Virus record (IMG/VR): IMGVR_UViG_3300032331_003609
Coordinates: 62,001 to 126,000 of that record
DNA: 64,000 nt
Direction: 5' to 3' (one strand)
A program made the position numbers and the translations under genes. Of this stretch, positions 1 to 9,863 are shown one piece after another (within the stretch, counting starts at the first letter, position 1; each line of letters opens with the position of its first letter). The notes below the pieces were generated by a model, which was not told where the DNA came from, made no database searches, and saw nothing but the letters and a program-made list of their open reading frames with translations.

Positions 1-285
1 AACTTCTATCACCTCATTATTCGCTTTTAGATCCTCCCTAATTGCACGATAAGGACAAACCATACTTATCACTACATCATGTCCCTTTTGGCTCATAAAG
101 CGAGCTATAGTGAACGATTTTTCGATGTTTCTGATCCTTCCAGAGTATGAATAATCGGTATTTGGGAAGATCTCTCTTAGATCATCTCCATCTATCCAAA
201 TAGTGCTATTCCCAAGTTTTTTTACCAGCCTGCTAGCCATCTCGGTCTTTCCCGTTCCTGGCTGTCCGATGAATAAATAAATCAT
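1..285 (-). CDS. cysC: Adenylylsulfate (APS) kinase-like P-loop kinase, runs off window start
   Basis: Hand translation (not in ORF track): MIYLFIGQPGTGKT...IWIDGDDLRE...GRIRNI...VVISMVCPYRAIRE; P-loop plus DGD-x-LR and S-x-V/I-x-PY motifs of CysC. Confidence 0.8.
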   Translation of the reverse strand, partial: MIYLFIGQPGTGKTEMASRLVKKLGNSTIWIDGDDLREIFPNTDYSYSGRIRNIEKSFTIARFMSQKGHDVVISMVCPYRAIREDLKANNEVIEV

Positions 286-296
286 ATGCTTAAAAT

Positions 297-413
297 TTAA
301 TGGTTATATGTAAATGGATCTCTTTTTCTAATTTCTTCTATTTTTTTTAGAAATTCTTTCTTTTTTTTCCTTTTTTGGAAGTAATTTTTAATCCAGTTGA
401 TTAGTTTTCTCAT
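297..413 (-). CDS. Small basic hypothetical protein (38 aa, MRKLINWIKNYF...RDPFTYNH)
   Basis: Internal ATG of track ORF 297..539; co-directional with cysC. Confidence 0.5.
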   Translation of the reverse strand: MRKLINWIKNYFQKRKKKKEFLKKIEEIRKRDPFTYNH

Positions 414-514
414 TGCATTTATTATATTAATTATATATTTTAAGTTTCCCACCCTATATGGCATATTATTTCGGAATTTTATTGCATTTTGCTCTAAAAT
501 ATTAAAATATAAAT

Positions 515-1741
515 ATGGTCTGGAATTACAAAGACACATTGCTAGTTCACGTTGAGCTTTCTAATATGTGTAATGCTGCTTGTCCGCTTTGTCCAAGATA
601 CGTGAATAACTCATTAAGAGTCAATCCCGAGCTTGATTTGGGTAGTGTTTCATTAGAAGATTTTAAAAAATGGTTCCCCTTAGATTTTGTTCAGAAAAGT
701 AAAAGCTGGATATTTTGCGGAACCAATGGTGATCCTATAATGGCAAGGGATGTTTACGAAATACTGGAATATGTACTTCGCAATTCGGAAGCGAAGGTTC
801 AGGTAAACACTAACGGATCCATCAGAGATGGGGAATTTTGGGAAAAAATGGGAGCATTATTTGCAGAACCCTGTGTCAATAGTAGATACGTTGTTTTTTC
901 AGTCGATGGATTGGAAGACACAAATCACATCTATAGAAGAAACGTCAAATGGGATAGGGTGATGGAAAATATGGGAGCATATTCCAAATCGGGTTCTACC
1001 GGAATTTGGGATTTTTTAATATTTAAACACAACGAACATCAGTTAGATGAGGCAGAGGCACTTTGTAAAAAAATAGGATTAGCGTTTTCTCCAAAAAGAC
1101 CTTTCGGGTTTGAGACAGGAAACCCAGATGAATATCAGGATCTAATGGTTTATGATTTAGATGGCAATTTTTTATACAGGATAGAACCTGCTAGCGAAGA
1201 GTGGAGATTAAACAGATCCCTCAATAAATTTCAAAAAGGGGAAGAAAAAATATGGGTTCCCGGGAAGGAGAAAAAAAGTAAGGATCAGACAGAAGAAAAA
1301 TGGAACGGATTAATAGAAAGAGATCTTCCTAAATATCAATTTCCAGAAAGATTCAAGGGAAAATCTGTTAGCTGTAAATCATGCCATCCTATAGGAAAGG
1401 AAATATACGTTGACTGTAAGGGTAATGTTATGCCTTGCTGTTTTGTAGGAACAATGTACAATAGTGATTTTCAACACCACGAAGCATTGCAGATCAAAAA
1501 GCACTTACAAGATTGGGGGTTAGATAAAATAAATTTAAACAACCATTCTCTTGAAGAAATATTAGACAGCAAGTATTTAGACGATGTATTTGCAAATAGA
1601 TGGGATGGTGCTAAAAAGGATGAGGATAAAATGGGATATTGTTTCAATACATGTTCGGTTGATCATATGAAAGACCTTTTCGTTAGAAAGGAGGAATTAC
1701 CTATATCCCCGGAAAAACACGAGATAAAAAGTCTTATATAG
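515..1741 (+). CDS. Radical SAM protein with SPASM/twitch-type C-terminal Cys cluster
   Basis: CNAACPLC CxxxCxxC motif, GTNGDP, TNGS, FSVDG, C-terminal C..G.VMPCC..C. Confidence 0.9.
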   Translation: MVWNYKDTLLVHVELSNMCNAACPLCPRYVNNSLRVNPELDLGSVSLEDFKKWFPLDFVQKSKSWIFCGTNGDPIMARDVYEILEYVLRNSEAKVQVNTNGSIRDGEFWEKMGALFAEPCVNSRYVVFSVDGLEDTNHIYRRNVKWDRVMENMGAYSKSGSTGIWDFLIFKHNEHQLDEAEALCKKIGLAFSPKRPFGFETGNPDEYQDLMVYDLDGNFLYRIEPASEEWRLNRSLNKFQKGEEKIWVPGKEKKSKDQTEEKWNGLIERDLPKYQFPERFKGKSVSCKSCHPIGKEIYVDCKGNVMPCCFVGTMYNSDFQHHEALQIKKHLQDWGLDKINLNNHSLEEILDSKYLDDVFANRWDGAKKDEDKMGYCFNTCSVDHMKDLFVRKEELPISPEKHEIKSLI

Positions 1742-1769
1742 AGGTATTTTTTAGTCGATATATAAAAAT

Positions 1770-4265
1770 ATGAACAATACTATAAATTTAGTTTATGATG
1801 ATTGGCCATTAGATCAGGATCATCCCAATCCTAATGGTGATAAATATTTTCCCGAACCTAATGCGTGGATGACAGGAGATGGTCCGATGGAAACCCTTAG
1901 ATATGATAATTATGTTCACAGAAGAATGGAGGACGTTGATAAGTATCAAGAGGAAAATTTCTTCTATGTTGTTTGGCATAGGCATTCTCTATACAATAGA
2001 TTTTTGCACTTTGACAGACTACCGATAGGTGATGACATGATTGGGCATTTTCAAAGAAAGCCTAATTTATTTCTTCTTTTGATAAATGATCAGGAAATCG
2101 AACCAAGAGAAACCATAAATAAACTTGATTTAGCTCTTGAAAGAAATAATATAGATCCAAGAAAAGTATTTTTAGTTAACAACAATTCAAGAAACTGGGA
2201 ATATAAAAGAGAACTTGGAAGTAACATCAATGTTCATAGCTGTAGAGCAATGCCCCTAGCTCTTGCAAAAACCCCCAAAAGTGTTTTCGTAGAGAATAAA
2301 GAGGGGTCATTTTTCATGTCACATAATCATTCTTTGAGAGAAAGCAGATCTGCTTTTGTTTGCCTTCTTAAGAAATATAATTTGATTGATGATTTTGATT
2401 GGTCCTATTTAAAACTCTGGAGAATGCCAACACAGGACTGGGAGACAATCTATAGAAGGATATTTAATGACTCTGATATGGAATTTTTAATGCCTGAGAT
2501 TGAATATTTCAATGCGTACGGGGTTAAGAAAAGCAATTATGAATCACATTTTCCATGGCTTGATGAAATAACCATGGATAGTCCTTCCTGGTGGGAAACA
2601 TTTAATCCTCAGCAGTACGAAAATACTTATTTCAATGTGACTGTAGAGACCCAATATTTCGGAAGGGATCTTCATATAACCGAAAAATCATTCAAGCCGT
2701 TTATACATTTGCAATTTCCTATGATACTAGCTTCTAGACATCATATTAAACATATGCGTGAATATTATGGCTACGATTTCTTTGATGATGTAATCAATCA
2801 TGATTATGATAACGTTAAGAGCGATAGAGATAGAATTTTTAGGTTTATAGAGGAATTAAAAAGGATTCAGGAAAATAAAGAATTCTTCATAGAATTTTAT
2901 AAGAATAATAAAGAAAGATTCTTAAAAAATCAAGAAATGGTTTATTCTTTTACTAATGAATATGATGCCAGCTATTTTTCTGCACTAACAAAATTTGATC
3001 ATCCAAAGGAAACGCTTAATTTAGTTTATGATAATTGGGACATGGAGACTAATCGTCCTATAAGGGGAAACTCTGAAGACCTATACACTAATACTTTTCA
3101 TATGAATTTGGATAGCGTTGTAGGATCACTTCAATTTGATAGGAGATTAATCAGAAGATTCAGACTAGAGGACGTTCCAAAAATGAAAAATCAAATATTT
3201 TTCTATTTCATAACTTTAATCCCCGGTATTTTATCCGAAAATATAAAAGCAGGGAAGCTTCCGATAAACAAAGATGCTATTAACACACTAAAGGAGTGTC
3301 CAAACTTTAATGTTATAATAATGAATGAACAGGAAGCTGAGAGGAAAGAAGCATTGGTACTTCTAGACAAATGGACAAGAGAAACAGGATTAGATCAGGG
3401 GCAAATATGGTTTTCCAATAACAATCCAAGGCTTGAAGAATTTAAGGAAGAAATAGGAACGGGAATAAACGTACATTCGACTGTTAGATTAGCTAACTTC
3501 ACTGCTAATTCTGTTATACATTCTGTAGGTAGAGTGGAATTTAAACCTAATAAAGATGGTGAATTTTTTATGTGTCATAACAGAAGACCAAGACCACATA
3601 GATATGGACTACTTTGCTTGCTTAAAAAGACAGGAATTTTAGAAGATGTTGATTGGTCCTTAGTTCAAGGATTTCAATTCAAGGATAATAAACACCCAGA
3701 AGCATTCTTTGGAGAAATATTCAACGGTGATGATATAGCAAATATGAGAGAAGAGATTGATTATTTTTCTAGCATCGAACAAAAGAAAAGTAGATATGAA
3801 GAGGAAAGAACATGGTTTGATGACAGAGATAATGAGAATAATGTTCCATGGAATGAAACATACGATAAGAATCAATTGGAAAATTCCTATTTTAATATCA
3901 CGACGGAAACGGAATTTGCTTCTGATTTAACACATATATCTGAGAAATCGTTTAAATCGTTTTGCGCAATGCAATTTCCATTAATACTTGCATCTGCACA
4001 TCATATTAGAGAAATTAAAAAGAAATATGATTTTGATTTCTTTGATGATGTTATCAATCATGATTATGATGAGGAGGAAAATCACAGAGATAGACTTTTT
4101 AAATTTGTTAAAGAGATAAAAAGAATAAATGACAATAAGGAATTCTTTATAGACTTTTATAAAAATAATAGGATGAGATTTGAAGAAAATTTAAGAAAAA
4201 TAGAAGAGAAGGTTAAGGATCAAACGGATTCAGATTTTCTTAAAAAAATATCAGGCATAATATGA
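1770..4265 (+). CDS. Tandem two-domain protein, putative GT-B glycosyltransferase-like (GT10-like ET...TEK motif)
   Basis: Internal duplication (NLVYDDW / NLVYDNW; YFNVTVET..ITEKSFK / YFNITTET..ISEKSFK). Confidence 0.55.
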   Translation: MNNTINLVYDDWPLDQDHPNPNGDKYFPEPNAWMTGDGPMETLRYDNYVHRRMEDVDKYQEENFFYVVWHRHSLYNRFLHFDRLPIGDDMIGHFQRKPNLFLLLINDQEIEPRETINKLDLALERNNIDPRKVFLVNNNSRNWEYKRELGSNINVHSCRAMPLALAKTPKSVFVENKEGSFFMSHNHSLRESRSAFVCLLKKYNLIDDFDWSYLKLWRMPTQDWETIYRRIFNDSDMEFLMPEIEYFNAYGVKKSNYESHFPWLDEITMDSPSWWETFNPQQYENTYFNVTVETQYFGRDLHITEKSFKPFIHLQFPMILASRHHIKHMREYYGYDFFDDVINHDYDNVKSDRDRIFRFIEELKRIQENKEFFIEFYKNNKERFLKNQEMVYSFTNEYDASYFSALTKFDHPKETLNLVYDNWDMETNRPIRGNSEDLYTNTFHMNLDSVVGSLQFDRRLIRRFRLEDVPKMKNQIFFYFITLIPGILSENIKAGKLPINKDAINTLKECPNFNVIIMNEQEAERKEALVLLDKWTRETGLDQGQIWFSNNNPRLEEFKEEIGTGINVHSTVRLANFTANSVIHSVGRVEFKPNKDGEFFMCHNRRPRPHRYGLLCLLKKTGILEDVDWSLVQGFQFKDNKHPEAFFGEIFNGDDIANMREEIDYFSSIEQKKSRYEEERTWFDDRDNENNVPWNETYDKNQLENSYFNITTETEFASDLTHISEKSFKSFCAMQFPLILASAHHIREIKKKYDFDFFDDVINHDYDEEENHRDRLFKFVKEIKRINDNKEFFIDFYKNNRMRFEENLRKIEEKVKDQTDSDFLKKISGII

Positions 4266-5959
4266 AAACAGTATTAATTACCGGATGTAACGGTTTAGTC
4301 GGAAGTTATCTTAGGGATATGTGTCTGAATAACGGATGGAAAGTTATTGGGGTCGATAGGAATTCGACGAAAAGAATCACAAAGAATTTAAATTACACAT
4401 TTAAAAAACTTGATCTTCTTTCAGAGATTAACATAATAAATTTATTTAAAGATTATAAATATGATGTTGTTTTTAATTGCTTTGGAATCAAAGGATCTCC
4501 GATAAAAGCAAAAGATAATCCGGCAGATTTTCTATATCCATCATTTAAAATAAACACCGAAATAATAAATCAGTGTTATCTGAATGATTCTTGGTTAGTT
4601 TTTGTCAGCTCTGTTGGTGTTTACAGTCCAGCAGAAAAATTCACGGAAGGAGATGTTTGGAAAACATTACCGTCAGAATCTGATTGGTTTCCTTCCTGGT
4701 CTAAAAGAATGGGAGAATTATTACTGGAATCATATAAAGTTCAGTATGGATACGATAAATGGACAATAGTAAGACCTGCAAATATTTTTGGGGAATACGA
4801 CGATTTTAGTGGAGGCGGAACCTTGATCTCAACGATGGTTAAAAAAGTATACGAAGCTAACGGAGAGATCGAAGCTTGGGGAGATGGTACTCCAATCAGA
4901 GATTTTATCTATGGAAAAGATGTCGCGTCTGCTTTAATTAAAGTGTATGAAAGAGGAGTAAGAGATATAGTAAATTGTGGATCTGGTATTGAGGTATCAA
5001 TAAAAGAGGTTATAGAAGAAATAATAAAAGCAAGCGGTAAACAAATATCTATCAATTGGAATTCATCCAAACCGAATGGGGATTTAAGAAGACTAATGGA
5101 CACAGATAAACAAGAGATACATGGTATAATGCCAGAAACTAAGTTTGAAGATGCTATTAAAAATGTATATGATTACTACATAAGATCTATTAAGGGGGAA
5201 GATCCAATAATACCAGCAAGCGATATATTAAAAGAAGGAGCATATTTGGGTAAAATATCAGATTTTTTAGAAGAAGACGAGCTAGAAAAATTCAAGGAAA
5301 TGATAAAATCAGTTAAAGAATATTCATCTGAAGATATAGAAAATAGACTTGTTTGTAGATATAATTATGACGATCTTGAAAATCCATATGATCATGCAAT
5401 TCCTCCAAGTAAAGTTCCGGAGAGGGATGCTTGGGTAAGGAAGAATAATTTTCATGTTTGGCAAAAGTGGTGGGAGTTTAAATACCCAGATCATGAATAT
5501 TTTGATAATATAGCAATTAAGATAATAAAGAATCTTTATCCCCAGGTATCGGAACATCTTGATAATCCTAGCAATGTAGATTCTAGGGGTAATATGGCAC
5601 TTTTTGAAGATGGACATTATATTGATATCCATAACGACGGAGCTAATGCTGGAAGATTATGTGTGATTATATTTTATTTATCTGACGAAAGCACATATCG
5701 TGACGGGGGTGGACAGCTTAAGATAATCACAAACTCAGGTAAAGAATGTTATATAGATCCATTTTTCGATAATTTTTGTGTTATGGATTTTGCTAGAAAT
5801 AATATAAAGCACGAAGTTAAGATGGTAAATAATGGATTTAAAAGGTACACGTATATAAATTTCATTAAATTCGAGGATAGCTCTCTTTTAGAAACTATCT
5901 TCCCGCCCATAGTAAAAGAGATTACTGAGACAAAAATAGAAAAGAAAAAAATAATATGA
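4262..5959 (+). CDS. NAD-dependent epimerase/reductase (GDP-fucose synthase-like) fused to a C-terminal 2OG-Fe(II) oxygenase domain
   Basis: TGCNGLVG, SSVGVY, WSKR, RPANIFG, WGDGTPIRDFIY; C-terminal HND...HEV...R..Y 2OG triad. Confidence 0.8.
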   Translation: MKTVLITGCNGLVGSYLRDMCLNNGWKVIGVDRNSTKRITKNLNYTFKKLDLLSEINIINLFKDYKYDVVFNCFGIKGSPIKAKDNPADFLYPSFKINTEIINQCYLNDSWLVFVSSVGVYSPAEKFTEGDVWKTLPSESDWFPSWSKRMGELLLESYKVQYGYDKWTIVRPANIFGEYDDFSGGGTLISTMVKKVYEANGEIEAWGDGTPIRDFIYGKDVASALIKVYERGVRDIVNCGSGIEVSIKEVIEEIIKASGKQISINWNSSKPNGDLRRLMDTDKQEIHGIMPETKFEDAIKNVYDYYIRSIKGEDPIIPASDILKEGAYLGKISDFLEEDELEKFKEMIKSVKEYSSEDIENRLVCRYNYDDLENPYDHAIPPSKVPERDAWVRKNNFHVWQKWWEFKYPDHEYFDNIAIKIIKNLYPQVSEHLDNPSNVDSRGNMALFEDGHYIDIHNDGANAGRLCVIIFYLSDESTYRDGGGQLKIITNSGKECYIDPFFDNFCVMDFARNNIKHEVKMVNNGFKRYTYINFIKFEDSSLLETIFPPIVKEITETKIEKKKII

Positions 5960-6930
5960 TAAACAAGAATTCAAGAATTTTGATTACCGGTGGATCTGGA
6001 TTGGTTGGGCAAAACCTAACTGAAAGATTGGTTGGGGAAGGCTATACAGATTTAAGAGTAAATCTTCACAGAAGAGGAGTTAGAAAAGTTCATGATAGTG
6101 TTAATTACACTTATCACGATCTTCAAACATATGACGGATGTCAAATTGCAACGCGAGATGTAGATGTTGTTTTTCATGCTGCTGCTTCCACGTCAAATGC
6201 TGTTGATACGGTAGTTGATCCACTGGCTCATGTTACACCAAATGTTGCAATGAATAATTTTCTTATTGATGCAGCTTGGAGAAATAATGTTCAGCATTAT
6301 ATTTTCATATCTTCCAATACAGTTTATCCTCCAAAAGGAGATGAGCCAGTGATCGAAACTGATTTTTTGTTTGACGAGCCATATCCTGTTTATTTTCCGG
6401 TTGGCTGGATGAAGAGATACGCAGAGGTTCAATGTGAACTGTATGGCAAATATCTTCCAAGAAAAATGAAATCAACTGTAATAAGACCAGCTAACCTGTT
6501 CGGTCCACATGACAAGTATGATTTTAATAAATGTCACGTTACACCAGCAACAATAAGAAAGGTAGCAGATAGGATGGATCCAATACCGGTATGGGGAGAC
6601 GGATCAGAATTGAGAGACCTTCTTTATATAGACGATTTCGTAGAAGCATTACAGACAGTGATGGAAAAAGAGACCGAAATGTTCGAAGTATATAACGTTG
6701 GATCTAATAAGGTATATTCAGTTTTAGAAGTTCTCGAAAAAATGAAAGAAATAGCACAGCATAATGCACCAACAGAGTTCATTAGTGGTAAACCTTCTAT
6801 GATACCTACTAGAAAAATAGATTCTAATAAGATTAAAGATAAATTAGGATGGGAAGCTAAAACACCGCTAGAAGATGGATTACTTAGTGCATATCAATGG
6901 TACTTAGAGAACAAAAAAGAATTTGAATAG
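5956..6930 (+). CDS. NAD-dependent epimerase/dehydratase (Fcl/WcaG-like extended SDR)
   Basis: TGGSGLVG, SSNTVYP, RPANLFGP, WGDGSELRDLLYIDD, YNVGS. Confidence 0.85.
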   Translation: MINKNSRILITGGSGLVGQNLTERLVGEGYTDLRVNLHRRGVRKVHDSVNYTYHDLQTYDGCQIATRDVDVVFHAAASTSNAVDTVVDPLAHVTPNVAMNNFLIDAAWRNNVQHYIFISSNTVYPPKGDEPVIETDFLFDEPYPVYFPVGWMKRYAEVQCELYGKYLPRKMKSTVIRPANLFGPHDKYDFNKCHVTPATIRKVADRMDPIPVWGDGSELRDLLYIDDFVEALQTVMEKETEMFEVYNVGSNKVYSVLEVLEKMKEIAQHNAPTEFISGKPSMIPTRKIDSNKIKDKLGWEAKTPLEDGLLSAYQWYLENKKEFE

Positions 6931-7834
6931 TATGAAAGGATTAATTTTTGCTGGATGTTCATTCACTTGGGGACAGGGATTGTATTACTATTCGGGTCTT
7001 GATACATTAGTTGAACCTGCACCAGATTGCTATGATGCTAAACTTGTTACCGATGCCCATAAAAAATATATGGAGACATTAAGATACCCAAGATTGGTTG
7101 CAAATCATTTTAAAACGTTTGAGGTTGTTTCTAAACAAAATGGAGGATCCGAAGAAACATCCGTACACTTTATAAATTCAGCATTTAATCCCGTTAATAA
7201 ATTTGATTTTCTGATAGATCAAACTTTCTCTTTTAGCGAGATCGAGTATGTAATAATACAAACTTCTCAGCCTAATAGAAATTCTTTTTATTTTGAATAT
7301 AAGGGAGAAGAGTGCCAATTTTTAATTCACGAGAAAACTACTAAGGGTAAGTTCTATGAATGGTTAATCGAAGAAAGAAAAATAACAATTGATGAATGGT
7401 TCGAAGATCATAAGAAGGATTATTTTGAAAAAATATCATCTTTAATGAAATTTCTAGAATCTAATGGGGTTAAAACAAAAATCCTTTGCTGGGAGGAAGA
7501 CTATTTAGATCTTATTAGATCTGATATTTTTATATACAATAGATTTATACCGATTAAATACAGAGATGAAAATTTTGATTCTATAAGAAAGATGATGGGT
7601 AAACATCCGCATCTCACTATAAATTCGGATTATGATAATTTTTCAGATCCCCCTAAGGATCATCACCCATCGAAAGAATGTCATCAAGTTATTTCTGAAT
7701 CTATAATTAATTCCATACAAAAAGATCTAGATAACAAAAAAGAATCTTACGTTTTTGACGGATCAAAAGAAGCGATAAAAGATTTTACTAGTACAATTCA
7801 ACCAATTAGAAAAAAAATAAAGAGTCTTATATAA
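6923..7834 (+). CDS. SGNH/GDSL hydrolase-like protein
   Basis: FAGCSFTWG block I and C-terminal DHHP (DxH-type) motif. Confidence 0.65.
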   Translation: MNSMKGLIFAGCSFTWGQGLYYYSGLDTLVEPAPDCYDAKLVTDAHKKYMETLRYPRLVANHFKTFEVVSKQNGGSEETSVHFINSAFNPVNKFDFLIDQTFSFSEIEYVIIQTSQPNRNSFYFEYKGEECQFLIHEKTTKGKFYEWLIEERKITIDEWFEDHKKDYFEKISSLMKFLESNGVKTKILCWEEDYLDLIRSDIFIYNRFIPIKYRDENFDSIRKMMGKHPHLTINSDYDNFSDPPKDHHPSKECHQVISESIINSIQKDLDNKKESYVFDGSKEAIKDFTSTIQPIRKKIKSLI

Positions 7835-9272
7835 TCTTCTCCGGAGGATATGGGTATGTTCCTGTTTCAAAATGTGTTATTCTTCCATCATTCAAATTAA
7901 CAACAGGAATTGATTGATCTACTTTTATAGTTTCGTACCATTCTGATAATTCGGGAAACGTCTCTTTGAAATTTTTTCCTCTTCTGCTATCATACTGAAC
8001 ATAAAAGCTTTTGAAGTCGTGGTGTAACACTGATTTATCATCTTCTGTTGTTGTGTGACCTTTTTCTACTACCTGAAGATAATCTAACAGTCTTTGCATT
8101 TGTGCAAATTCCCCTACACTAAATAGATTAGGTGTCATTTTTTCGTTAAACCATTTACTTATTTTCGAATGAAGTTCTATCTTTATCTCGTCAGGTAAAA
8201 CTAAGGGTGACATGAATGCTGGCCATCTTAGAATATTAAGATCCACGTTTGGCTTATTAGCTCCATACTTCTTTTTTAATACTATCATATCATCTAAGAA
8301 ATCTGTAATGCTAAATAAACAAAGACTATTGATTGTCATCATGATGGTCAATGATCTTAACTTGGCTCTTTCTAACAAACTAACTAAATTGTTTCTCCAT
8401 GTTTCATACACCAATCCATCTCTAATATACTCTGCATGTCTTCCGTAAGATTCGTTGCTGGTATAGATGTCCATTTCTTTAATGTCCATCGTATTTGACA
8501 TCTCAATCATTTTTTCCAGTGTCTGTTCTGTCATCCCAAGATTTGAGTTAACAGCAAGCCTTAAATTAGGTGCAGGGCTGGATTTAAGTATTTCTATAAA
8601 ATCCCAAAAATTATGGCTTAATGAAGGTTCTCCCCCTGTGATTCTAATCTCTTCTAATGTTTGAGATAATTCTGGCCACCATTCAAAAAATGCTTGAACG
8701 AATGGATTTCTTTCGTTATGTTTTCCAAATATCTCTGACCAAGATCCATCACTTCTGTAAGCACCCGCAGAATCAGTTCTCATTTTTTGGTATGGACCAA
8801 ATTTCTGAATTTCCTTTCCCCATGTTGTGCTATATCCAGCATTACAATAACTGCAAGCAAAATTACACGTTCTGTCAAAACTTATTTCTAGGGTCTTTAA
8901 AAGAACATCATCTCTGTAATCCATTTCTTGAATTTTAGAAATGTCATCTTCGTCATAAATGATACTCTTATAAACCCTATCTGATACGTTATTTCTTCCA
9001 ATATCCTCTATCTTCCAGCAATATGAGCACTCAGCAGGTCTAATCCCAGTTAGCATCATTTTCCTCATCTGTTTCTTGTGCTTAGTATTATGGATTGCTG
9101 AGGGGTTTGTTTTTATCTCCTCCAGATCTATTGGGTGGGGAAGAGGTAGATGACACGAACCCGTATACCCGTGGCCAAGATGTATGCTTGCATTGTACCA
9201 TTTTGCTGCACAAAAGCTTTTACTGACCTTATTTAGATTCTTTTCTCTCCATTCTATTAGTTCTTTTGACAT
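7827..9272 (-). CDS. Radical SAM protein with N-terminal twitch-like domain
   Basis: N-terminal CAAKW..CH..C..CW cluster; CNFACSYC; ITGGEP. Confidence 0.9.
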   Translation of the reverse strand: MSKELIEWREKNLNKVSKSFCAAKWYNASIHLGHGYTGSCHLPLPHPIDLEEIKTNPSAIHNTKHKKQMRKMMLTGIRPAECSYCWKIEDIGRNNVSDRVYKSIIYDEDDISKIQEMDYRDDVLLKTLEISFDRTCNFACSYCNAGYSTTWGKEIQKFGPYQKMRTDSAGAYRSDGSWSEIFGKHNERNPFVQAFFEWWPELSQTLEEIRITGGEPSLSHNFWDFIEILKSSPAPNLRLAVNSNLGMTEQTLEKMIEMSNTMDIKEMDIYTSNESYGRHAEYIRDGLVYETWRNNLVSLLERAKLRSLTIMMTINSLCLFSITDFLDDMIVLKKKYGANKPNVDLNILRWPAFMSPLVLPDEIKIELHSKISKWFNEKMTPNLFSVGEFAQMQRLLDYLQVVEKGHTTTEDDKSVLHHDFKSFYVQYDSRRGKNFKETFPELSEWYETIKVDQSIPVVNLNDGRITHFETGTYPYPPEKII

Positions 9273-9281
9273 GTGTCTAAA

Positions 9282-9863
9282 TTATATTTGGTGTAAAAAA
9301 TTGCAATTATCTGTTAGATCATAGCTTTTACCGTGTATGAACTCTTCGAATATATGCTTACTTATAGTTTCTTCGTCTCTTATTATTTCCAATTCATGAA
9401 TATTTACCCCTAAATAATTCAAATTAAATCCATTTTTTGGAAAATTCCCTGCTCCAAAGATGATATGGGAATTTGGATCTGCTGCTAATTTATTATTTAT
9501 AAAGTAAAGTGTTAAAGCATTTCCGTCTATATAAACAGTAATCGCATCTTGACCTTTCGTTATCAGCAGTTCATATCTTACATTTGCTTCCCACTGGAAA
9601 TTACATGTTAGATATTCGGTTTTTCCTGTGCTGTCTGTTACTATTAATAGAATCCCATATTCCTCTAAATCTATTCCAAAATAGCTAGGCAATTTTGCAA
9701 ATAGCGTAGACTTCTTTGTTACTGGTTCATCAAGTTCGAACACAAGCTTAAAACTAAAATCACCTTCATAATCAAATATGTGATTAGCAGGATCTTTTAT
9801 AAATTTTTGACCTAATATATTAGGCCACATTATCCAGGGTTCTCCCTCTTTAATTTTTAACAT
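9282..9863 (-). CDS. Hypothetical protein, LamG/concanavalin-like beta-sandwich
   Basis: Beta-rich, VYIDG, IFGAG motifs. Confidence 0.4.
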   Translation of the reverse strand: MLKIKEGEPWIMWPNILGQKFIKDPANHIFDYEGDFSFKLVFELDEPVTKKSTLFAKLPSYFGIDLEEYGILLIVTDSTGKTEYLTCNFQWEANVRYELLITKGQDAITVYIDGNALTLYFINNKLAADPNSHIIFGAGNFPKNGFNLNYLGVNIHELEIIRDEETISKHIFEEFIHGKSYDLTDNCNFLHQI

